64,000 nt of DNA from a virus. Taxonomy: Duplodnaviria > Caudoviricetes. Both the position numbers and the translations under genes were made by a program. The notes below the pieces were generated by a model. It worked only from the letters and a program-made list of their open reading frames with translations, did no database searches and was not told the origin of the DNA. This document shows, piece by piece, positions 45,301-53,968 of this stretch; the first letter of the stretch is position 1; each line of letters begins with the position of its first letter. The stretch lies in the IMG/VR virus record IMGVR_UViG_3300028833_000053, one strand, 5' to 3'.

Positions 45301-47836
45301 AGTTCCACTTCGTCAACACGTCATCCAAGTCAATGGACGGCACCTGGGCAAACCTGTCCGTGGAAAAACCAAGCAGTTCATATTGCACCGTCAATCTTGA
45401 AGATGCGTCCAAAGTCTCGTCCGTGTCCGTAAACGTTGGCTTGTTGACCAACTTCACCTCGGAAAGATCCAATTGGAAATCATCACGTTCCGCTTCAAAA
45501 TGAATTGACTGTGGTCTGTTCAACAAGTCGCGCTTGAATGAAGATCCAACCGGCACCTCGACAACCCCACCAGTCCATTGCATGTAGCTGTTCAAGTTGA
45601 AGTTGATGTATATGTCACGGTGACGGTATCCAACATCCGCCGCGGCACGGCTATTCAACATTCCCTTTACGGGAACCGGTTCGCTTTCTTCAAAGGAAGG
45701 TGCTTCTTCAACCACAATCTCCTTGGGTGCGGAATCGCTCTCCCGGCACAATGGGCAAAGATCCCAATTCTTCAACAACCAACCCTGTCCCGTTTTCGCC
45801 AAGATTTGAAGAAATTGCTCCAATATCTTGCGTTCATCCGTGTCTAGTCCAGAAGTGCCAGGATTCCTCCAATATTGCTCCACTTTCGCCAAATACCTCA
45901 GGTAACCATTTGGATCATCCATATCGTTTTCGTCATAGTACACAAAGGCATTGGGGTTTTGGGAATGCTTCAAGGTGTCGGTTGTAAGGTACTTGTAGCC
46001 ACTGTCGATGTTGATATGGCGTTGAAACACCTCTCCGGTTGTTGACTTGAACTGCAAATACTTGTAGAGACGCGAAAACACTCGCTCAATCACGATTGCA
46101 CATTGGGACTGGGAATAGTCATTGACGTTTGCCGGGTTGAATTCCTCAATCGCGTTCATGGAAGAGTTGTATATGTTGAATATCTTTTCGTTCTTTATGA
46201 CTTCAAATGCGTCCGCAAGGGCGTAGTAGCCCTGTTCCAACATCTTGTCCCTGATGTCGGAAACGTCCTTAACTGCCTCACCAAATATGGGTTTCACGTA
46301 TTGACTACCAACCAGGTCATTATCCGTCAATTCGTGATATTCAAAAGCGGACATCACGTCATAGGCGCAACCCAAGTGAAGATTGGTGTACTTGGTGTAT
46401 ACGGACCTATGGGATTCCTGATATACCTTTCCTGGTTGGTAGAACCAGTCATAGTCGTTGTCCGAATCGGCCTTGTGCGTAACCTCTGCAAGGGAAACAA
46501 ATCTCCTTACGATGTCATTCATCTTCGTCAACACGCCACGAGGAAGAACGCAATCCTTTCTGGTGTTGGCTATCGCAAGGCAATTGTCATTGTATTCCTG
46601 CCACATCACGTCGTTCCATATAAAGGCGTACTTTACAAGATTGCCCAGCTCGTCTGGAACTCCATCACCTATGGTCTCATCGTCAATCCACTCCAAAGTG
46701 GCGGATGGCAAGGAATCCTTGTATATGCGTCCATTGGTGGCATTTTCAACATCGTCGCTTTCAACATACTCACGTCCAGATTCATCCGTGAAAACCTGCT
46801 TCCTTGACATCGGGTTCATGTTGAAATACTTGACATCAAAAGGATACTTCGCGTCTATGCTCTTGTAGAGAAGGTTGTACCAAATGTCCAAGGCAAGAAT
46901 GCCCTCCCACCTGCGGTGTGGGTGCTTGAAGCCATATATCTCATGGCACATTCTTATGTTGGAAAGCTTGGCGAACAACTTGGCAATGTGTTCACAAAAG
47001 ACATATATGTAGGACTTGCTGTCAGTCAATGCAACGGCGTTTCTGAAAGAAGTCTTTGCATCGTGAATGTCCTTTTCAAGATTCCTCAACTCAAACATCG
47101 TTGAGGACTGTCCATGTCTGTGAATGTCAACCTGCTGTTTCTTGTCAATTCCAGTGTAGTCCTCGTTGTACTTCCCATAGTTGTAGTCAGTCAAGAACTC
47201 ATCCGCATATATGCCAATCTTGGGGTCGGTTGTGGCATAGTCAACAAAGGGCGTGTATGTGAAGGAATCCAGGAAAAACTCACCATTCTCAAAATCCTCC
47301 TTCACCCTGTCGTAATCCACCTGACGGAAACCATCATCAACCATAGTGAAGCCGGTTATGCCATAGGTGTTCTGATAGGATTCCAGTTTCAGGGATTCCC
47401 CACTTCTGTACTTGAATCTGAACAAATCACGGAAATAGTTCTGTGAATCATCGCCATCAAGTTTCATTTGCTTTGAAAAGTCCTGAAGCAAAATCTTCTC
47501 AATGAACTCAAATGGCGTGATGAGCCTGTCTATCATGTTTGGTGGATAGTACGGGTTGTTGTTTATGGGCAATTCCGGCGTGGATGACGTTTCATCGCAA
47601 TGGACAAGATAGGAGGTTCCCTCATATGCGGTCTCCCTGTACTTCGGACCAAGTTCAAGGAGTTGTGTTACACGGTGGTTCCGATTACGGTCCCCGTTTT
47701 CGCCATTTGACCTGTCACCATTTACGACATCATCCTGTGGACGCATCTCCTTGGAAATGTAGTCATATATCTGTCCTGAGTTTGGTGTTTCGCCAAGTAT
47801 AAGTTTCTTAAGATCTGTTACGTAAGAATTGCTCAT
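33356..47836 (-). CDS. giant ~4,826-aa virion-associated protein: InlB-B-like repeats, permuted FGE/C-lectin halves, vWA motif, 3 tandem Hint domains (12 in-frame TAG)
   Basis: ten ORF-track pieces from 44504-47860 down to 33356-34276 are all in one frame and separated only by TAG; ends TGA; late motif at 47880. Confidence 0.85.
38426..39691 (-). repeat. three tandem Hint/intein-like domains (39278-39691, 38849-39262, 38426-38836)
   Basis: each CFVAGT...TG[N/V]H...V[F/Y]N[I/L]EV..H.YYV....HN, 137-138 aa; copies 2 and 3 are similar at DNA level. Confidence 0.9.
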
Positions 47837-47879
47837 TGTTCTTTCTTCTCTATCTACCAATCTTCAACTTTCGTAGAAC

Positions 47880-47923
47880 TATTTACCATAAGCAAGGGAA
47901 ATTATATGCCACTATTGTAAATA
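47880..47923. promoter_or_regulatory. divergent pair of late promoters (GTAAATA), representative of ~19 copies
   Basis: TATTTAC at 47880 (minus) and GTAAATA at 47917 (plus) serve the two divergent genes. Confidence 0.75.
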
Positions 47924-47956
47924 CTGTCAAATAACAATCATAGAGAGACAACTACA

Positions 47957-48907
47957 ATGTGGATTAGACTTGAAAACAAATCTGAACAACAGATTCTAAA
48001 GGAGAGCGTTGACCGTCTTGAGGCAAAAGTTCAATTCATGGAAGCGGTGAACGAACTGCAAAACTCCATATATGAATCTGGAATGTACGACGAGGACACC
48101 GGCAAGGCTATGGCTTGGTTGAAGGAGAAACTTCAGAAAGTATGCCCATCACCTGATAAACTCAAGGAATTCTTCTCCGGACTTGGAAAGAAAATGGACG
48201 CAAAGGTTCAGGCTTGCAAATACGATTCAATCAAGAACGCCTGGAACTCGTTGAAGGGTATGATGGCTGCAACAGATGCGCCAGATGATCAAGGTGGTGA
48301 AGAAGTCTCCGACGAGGAAATTCCAACAGACGGAGAGGAAGACGAGGGTGAAGAGGAACTTGCAGCAGAATCCCTCTATGAAGAAGGTATTTGGGACAGC
48401 ATCAAGAGCGGTTGGAACAAACTCACTGGAAAAGGCGAAGAGCCTGCCCCTGCAAAGGGACGTGGCAAGAAAAGGGGAGCGAAGAAACCCGTTGGAAAGA
48501 AGGGTGCAGTGAAGAAAGGAGCCGCTCCAAAGAAGGGTGTTGCCAAGAAGGGAACTATCAAGAAGGGCGCGGCAAAGAAAGGCACATCCAAGAAGGGAAA
48601 GAAGGGAGCAAAGAACCAAGGGGACTGGAAGAGCAAAATTTGGGAGTTCATCAAGGGACATTGGAAGCAAATCACCATAGTCCTGCTTGCATGCCTTGCA
48701 TTGTACTTCCTCGGCGCGTGGATTGCAGCATTGTTCATGAAGAGCCCGGTTGCCAACACCGCCGCAAAGGAGGTTTCCAAGTTCAGATTGCCAATTGGAA
48801 TGAAAAAACTTCCTCCTGGGGCAAAACTGGTTGGAAATGGCATTGTCAAGTTTGCCAATGGCGGATGGCTTGCAGCTGTGGAAAACGAAATAGAAGACAA
48901 CTTCTGA
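47957..48907 (+). CDS. late protein with acidic region, histone-like KKG repeats and a TM helix
   Basis: late motif at 47917; ILKES site; KKGAVKKGAAPKKGVAKKG; ITIVLLACLALYFLGAWIAALF. Confidence 0.7.
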   Translation: MWIRLENKSEQQILKESVDRLEAKVQFMEAVNELQNSIYESGMYDEDTGKAMAWLKEKLQKVCPSPDKLKEFFSGLGKKMDAKVQACKYDSIKNAWNSLKGMMAATDAPDDQGGEEVSDEEIPTDGEEDEGEEELAAESLYEEGIWDSIKSGWNKLTGKGEEPAPAKGRGKKRGAKKPVGKKGAVKKGAAPKKGVAKKGTIKKGAAKKGTSKKGKKGAKNQGDWKSKIWEFIKGHWKQITIVLLACLALYFLGAWIAALFMKSPVANTAAKEVSKFRLPIGMKKLPPGAKLVGNGIVKFANGGWLAAVENEIEDNF

Positions 48908-48929
48908 CAATAACCAAAAGAAAATAAAA

Positions 48930-48963
48930 AGATGGCTTGGATTTCTCCAAGCCATTTCTTTTT
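48930..48963. terminator. bidirectional terminator
   Basis: atggcttgga-tttc-tccaagccat flanked by A and T tracts. Confidence 0.7.
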
Positions 48964-48984
48964 GCGTTCAACTGTTGTCAATTG

Positions 48985-49221
48985 TCACTGCTGTGCGCCA
49001 ATGACCTTGTTGAACATGTTTGTCAAGATGTTCCTTGAAGCGGAGCCAACAGGCGCAGTCGCAATGGCATTCAACACGCCCTGCGGATTCTTCAACGCCA
49101 CCAGCCCCGTCAAAAGGCAGTTGATTGTGTCGGCAACGCCACTTGCATCCTTCTGCATCTGCGCAGCCAGCTCCGCAGTCCAGTCAATGTTGGATTCCTT
49201 TACTATCTTCTTCCATTTCAT
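48985..49221 (-). CDS. small putative internal head protein (MKWKKIVKES tag)
   Basis: late motif at 49244, GAGG RBS. Confidence 0.6.
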   Translation of the reverse strand: MKWKKIVKESNIDWTAELAAQMQKDASGVADTINCLLTGLVALKNPQGVLNAIATAPVGSASRNILTNMFNKVIGAQQ

Positions 49222-49256
49222 GTCAAATGCCCTCGTATAGATATATTTACAGATTG

Positions 49257-50009
49257 TTATGAAAGTTCCCGTAAGATATTTGTCATAGTGCAATTGGTTG
49301 TGCAAAACAACTTGTTCACAGACCTTATGGACTTGTACTCTTTTGGTGTCCAAGAGTTGTGCAACATATATATTGGTAGTTTTGGCATTTCATCCAATGT
49401 CAAATTCTTGTTGAAATACAAGTCCACATACTTTTCATGCCTTTGCAGTTTGGTTCCAGAACCTTCCGCATAGCAAATTGTGTTTGGATGACGCTAGAAC
49501 TGTTCAGGATGTTTCTTGATATATGGAACATACATATTGCATCCAAAAGCCAGGGAAGTCGTATCCTCTCTCTTCTCCGTAACAAGAACCTTCTTCACTT
49601 GCAGATCTTTGTAAAACCGGAGAAACTCCGTATTTGGTTTTGATTTCAAATACCCATTACTGCTTCCAAACATTTCAAGCCCAACACCATCGTCCATTTC
49701 TGCATCCAGAAACCTCTCCTCGAATTCGGATGATGGGATTATCGTGTCGCAATCCAACCACACACCGCCATTGTTCAACAAAACGTCACATCTAATCACA
49801 TCCGAGATTTTGGCAAGGGAAAATATCTTGGAACGTGTCAACTTCTCCCACATTTCCTTGTCCTATGGCAACGTTGACCAATCCGACATGTTATCATATG
49901 TGAGAAGAACAATATCGTGATGGTGAATGTTCTTGTGCCAAGTCTGAATGCAAGCCTGTATATATGCGGGAATCTTATCCACGTTATGCCAGAAGTGAAA
50001 TATCTTCAT
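49257..50009 (-). CDS. capsular-polysaccharide-synthesis / GT32 DXD glycosyltransferase, 250 aa (2 TAG)
   Basis: IFHFW...IPAYIQACIQTW...SDVIRCDVLLNNGGVWLDCD...MLHNSWTP. Confidence 0.75.
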
Positions 50010-50021
50010 TGTCAAACTCCT

Positions 50022-51161
50022 TCAATTCATGTTATTTCCCAAAGCACTGTACTCTTCGAGTCCAAGTATGGAATTGACAATGTTTTGACACGGTGTTTTC
50101 CCATTGGGAAACTCACTGCAATATTTGGCAATATACTCCTTACGCAAACCGGAATTTTGATCTTTTCCATCAAGAACGTCTCTAACAAACCTATCAACGG
50201 TGTCTCCATTTTGCGGCCAAACAATCTCATGGCAGTTGATTGCATCCTTGCCCATTTGAGACCAAATCTTCGGGTCCATGTTCACGTCATTTGCAACGTA
50301 GCACACTGGCTTGTCCATGTAGAGATATTCACAACGGAACGAGCCGCAATCATGTATCATCGCGTCGGAGTGCTTGAACCAATCAACATGGTCCGCGTCG
50401 CAAACTATCAAGCATTTCTCGGAAAGTTTGTCCAAAATGTTCGCAGCCTTTTCAAATATTTTAGTGTCCTTCACACGCTTCAAATTGGATTTCCATTGAT
50501 AGTACAAATTTGGGTGTGGTCTTACAACAAACTCCACCTCATTCTTGTACTTATCCACCATCTATATCAAGTCGTCCCCAATTTCAAGAAAATTGGTCTT
50601 GTTGCCATACTTCGTATACGTGTTCTCCTGCAACGTCCAATGCGGGCAAATCAAAATCCTTTTCTTTCCCGTTGTTTGCCAAGGATCATTGAATTGCTCT
50701 TTTGGTTTCCTCAATACCTCTGCCCAAGGATGTCCAGTAAGAACGTGATAGGGCTTTTGTATGAGTTCAGGCAAGTCGCAAAACACCAAGCAGGCCTGGG
50801 CGTTGTATATCTGATTGACATGAATATGCCATCCAAGGGAATAGCGTATGAACATCATCTTGCGCTCAATAACCAGTTCATCATAGAGGTCTGGATCATT
50901 GAGGTGTGAATACTGGGCATACAACAAAGGAGGAAATACCAGATCAACGTCATAGATTGCATTGGAATATTCTTCTCTGTCTTTTGTTTCAATGACCTTA
51001 AACCTTTTGTCCGACATTATATAATTCTCAAACGGGCCCGTCTTGCACTTGCACTTGTACCCATCTATGTTGCTGTTCATGTCGGATGGAAAAAGGACGG
51101 TTATAGGCTCGCCGTCCCTGTACTTTTTCCTCAATTGCTCTAGTTTTTGATACCTTTTCAT
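50022..51161 (-). CDS. CDP-glycerol:glycerophosphotransferase (TagF-like) family protein, 379 aa (1 TAG)
   Basis: ILICPHWT, VRPHPNL, SDAMIHDCGSFRCEYLYMDKPV; two ORFs abut at TAG 50562. Confidence 0.7.
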
Positions 51162-51206
51162 TTCACTTCCGCCCAATGTATTTACCAAAAGCCAGAAAAT
51201 TCCACA

Positions 51207-53621
51207 TCAAGCGTCCACGCATGTGTGCTTGACTCTCTGCTCAGTCTCCTTCTGCTTGCCGTAGTTGAACGCAGTCTTGTAGTCGCCGGTCAAGTAGCCC
51301 GTCACGCGGCGAAGCCTCTGGATGTTGGTGGAGCCGCACTGGGGGCATTTCTCGCCAATTTCATCCGTGTAGCCGCAATCGTTGCAGATGTCGTTCGGGA
51401 CGTTGATTGCGAAATAGGGGATGTCGTGATCCATTGCGTAGTTCACAAGCTCCTCTATTGCCTTGATGTTGTTCTTCGCGGTTCCGTCAAGTTCAACATA
51501 GGTGATGCATCCTGCGCTAGAATATCCCGTAAGCTGACTTTCAAGGTCAATCTTCTCAAACGGCGTCATCTTCTCCCATACGGGAATGTGCATTGAATTG
51601 GTGAAGTAATCGTGGTCTGAGACATGTTCAATCTCGCCATACTTCGCCTTGAACTTCTTCATCGCAGTATAGCACAGATTCTCCGCTGGGGTAAAATACA
51701 CGCCGAAATTCAGCTTGTACTCCTTCTTGAACTCCGCGCACCTGTCCTTGAACAACTGCTCGATTCGTTTCGCAAGTTCCATGCCCTTCTCCGTGGCGTG
51801 GTTGCATCCAATGAGGATGTGAAGGGTCTCCGCAAGTCCCAACTGACCGATTGCCAACGTTCCATGCTTCAGCGCGGACTTGATGCCCTCTTCTGGCTTG
51901 TAGCCGTACATCGTCCCGTTTTCGTACATGAACTTGGCGGACGCAGCGGGTTGTGAGGTAATCCAGTCAAACCTTTCAAGCAGTGAATCCTTGGCTTCAT
52001 GAATCTTCTTGTCCAGAAGTTCCATGAAATACTCAACTGTTTTTGTCTCCGCCGCCCCTTCGCACCAGTCAATTCCCTTGGCGGTGGCTTTCTTCAATTC
52101 AGATTCCATTTTCTTCTTCGCCTGCATCGCCAATGTCGGCATTATGATCGTCGTCGGACAGATGTTTCCCCTACCGTCCTTCAACTGAACCAACTTGGGA
52201 TCTTCCGCGTTGATGTCGGCAAGGTTGGCGGTTCTGCATCCCATCGTGCTGAAATAGGTGCAGGGGTTGTTTGGGTCATAGCCAGCTGCATTTGACCAAT
52301 CCACGTTCGCATAGTTCGGATAAAGCCTCAACGCAGTTGACTTGCAAGCCAACTTGAACAAATCGTAGTTGGGGTCTCCCTTCTTCCTGTTCACGCCCTT
52401 CATGCACTGGAAGATGCCACACGGGAATATGCTTGTCTTGTGAAACTTGCCAATTCCCTTGATTGAACCCTCAATCAACGCCTTTGTCACCATTCTTCCC
52501 TCTGGCAACGTGCAAGTGCCATAGTTTATTGACGTAAACGGCAACTGGTTTCCGCTCCGCGATTGTAGTGTATTGAGGTTGTGGTACATTCCCTCAACCG
52601 CCTGCTCCAGTTCTCTGGTTGTCATTTCCATGGCATACTTGTACGCATCGGGGAACTTCTTGTATGCATCGCTTTCAATAGAAACTTCCTTCGACAAGAT
52701 TGTATATTTGACCTTTCCGTTCTCCTCCTTGGCATAGCCATTGTCCTTCAGCCATTTCAACTTCTCGTCATGTGTCAAACCAGACTTCTCAAACTCCTTG
52801 TATTTCTTCTGAATCTCGTCATCCCCAGTCCATTCATTTGTGAATTCTACGAACTGCAAGAGATTCACGCCCTTTCCTGAATTCTCAACGAATTCCAATG
52901 CGTCCTTGAAGTGCTTGAAGAAAGACTTGCGCACATACGGCACCATCGTCCAGTCAAGATGGGTTGCCGCAACCCCACCGAACTGCTGCAGGGATTGAAG
53001 CTGGAATATCACAGCCACCAACTGAAACGCGGTGTTGATTGAGCCAGCTGGTCTGACATCACCCTGCCTTGTGTTGAAGCCCTCTTTCAACAACTTGTCA
53101 AATGGGATTGAAAGGCAGTTGTGACTGCCCACTGCGTATGCGTCAAGGTCGTGGATGTAGACCTCGTTGTTGTTGTGGTTGTGGCGCGTCTTCTTGGAAA
53201 CCAGATGTTCCAATGCGTAGTTCTTCATCACATAAGACGCGGTCTCGCCCATTCTCCCACCAAATGAATACTCGTCAACGTTCGCATTTTGGTTTTGGAC
53301 ATTGGACGCGGTCAGCTTCTCGGTGAGGTATTTTGTGTTTCTGACCCTCTCCTTCTCGTATCGGTACGTGATGTACTTCTTGGCAACCTCGTAGCCAGCG
53401 GCCTCCATTATCTTCTTCTCAATGACATCCTCAAGAATGTCAATGTCAATCGGCTCCTCCAACGTCTCGCAAAACGCCACCACGGAATCCGTTATGCGCT
53501 TCAGCTGCTTTGCTGTCAGCTTCTCGTCGGCCTTTACGTTCTCGTTTGCCTTGATGATTGAATTCAAAATCTTCTTCGGTTCAAGGTCTTCCACCTTGCC
53601 GTCTCGCTTTATCACTGTCAT
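51207..53621 (-). CDS. nrdD: anaerobic ribonucleoside-triphosphate reductase (class III) with ATP cone
   Basis: VIKRDG ATP cone, YIHDLD, NC, MGCRT, TPAENL, CxxC/CxxC, RRVTGYL glycyl-radical motif. Confidence 0.95.
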   Translation of the reverse strand: MTVIKRDGKVEDLEPKKILNSIIKANENVKADEKLTAKQLKRITDSVVAFCETLEEPIDIDILEDVIEKKIMEAAGYEVAKKYITYRYEKERVRNTKYLTEKLTASNVQNQNANVDEYSFGGRMGETASYVMKNYALEHLVSKKTRHNHNNNEVYIHDLDAYAVGSHNCLSIPFDKLLKEGFNTRQGDVRPAGSINTAFQLVAVIFQLQSLQQFGGVAATHLDWTMVPYVRKSFFKHFKDALEFVENSGKGVNLLQFVEFTNEWTGDDEIQKKYKEFEKSGLTHDEKLKWLKDNGYAKEENGKVKYTILSKEVSIESDAYKKFPDAYKYAMEMTTRELEQAVEGMYHNLNTLQSRSGNQLPFTSINYGTCTLPEGRMVTKALIEGSIKGIGKFHKTSIFPCGIFQCMKGVNRKKGDPNYDLFKLACKSTALRLYPNYANVDWSNAAGYDPNNPCTYFSTMGCRTANLADINAEDPKLVQLKDGRGNICPTTIIMPTLAMQAKKKMESELKKATAKGIDWCEGAAETKTVEYFMELLDKKIHEAKDSLLERFDWITSQPAASAKFMYENGTMYGYKPEEGIKSALKHGTLAIGQLGLAETLHILIGCNHATEKGMELAKRIEQLFKDRCAEFKKEYKLNFGVYFTPAENLCYTAMKKFKAKYGEIEHVSDHDYFTNSMHIPVWEKMTPFEKIDLESQLTGYSSAGCITYVELDGTAKNNIKAIEELVNYAMDHDIPYFAINVPNDICNDCGYTDEIGEKCPQCGSTNIQRLRRVTGYLTGDYKTAFNYGKQKETEQRVKHTCVDA

Positions 53622-53685
53622 GTTTATCCTCTTTGATTCTGGTGTACAAACATACATTTACCATTATCAATTATACCAGCGAAAA

Positions 53686-53716
53686 CAAAAACGCCCCGAA
53701 ATTGGGGCGTTTGTTT
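53686..53716. terminator. intrinsic terminator
   Basis: aaacgcccc-gaaatt-ggggcgttt. Confidence 0.7.
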
Positions 53717-53737
53717 GGATTCAATTTATGTGCGAAT

Positions 53738-53953
53738 TTAATCTTCCGTGATGTTGACGTGGCAAGTTCCGCCATCTTTATATGTGACAACCAAAGTTTG
53801 GTCATCTTCAGAATCCACACCAATTACACCTGGAAGTTCATAAAGCACATCGCCAAGCTGGGTTCTCAAAAACGTGGCATGTCCCTTTTTACTCCGTATA
53901 ACTGCGGGATTCATCGGGTCTATTCCCTCTTTCACTATCTTATTCCATTTCAT
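53738..53953 (-). CDS. small putative internal head protein (MKWNKIVKE tag)
   Basis: GAGGTG RBS, shared N-terminal motif. Confidence 0.6.
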   Translation of the reverse strand: MKWNKIVKEGIDPMNPAVIRSKKGHATFLRTQLGDVLYELPGVIGVDSEDDQTLVVTYKDGGTCHVNITED

Positions 53954-53968
53954 TTCAATTCACCTCTT

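Noticed and set aside
33356-47860. Cluster of pseudogenes or ten separate genes
   Set aside because: All breaks are TAG, strictly in frame, with no frameshifts or TAA/TGA; recoding explains them
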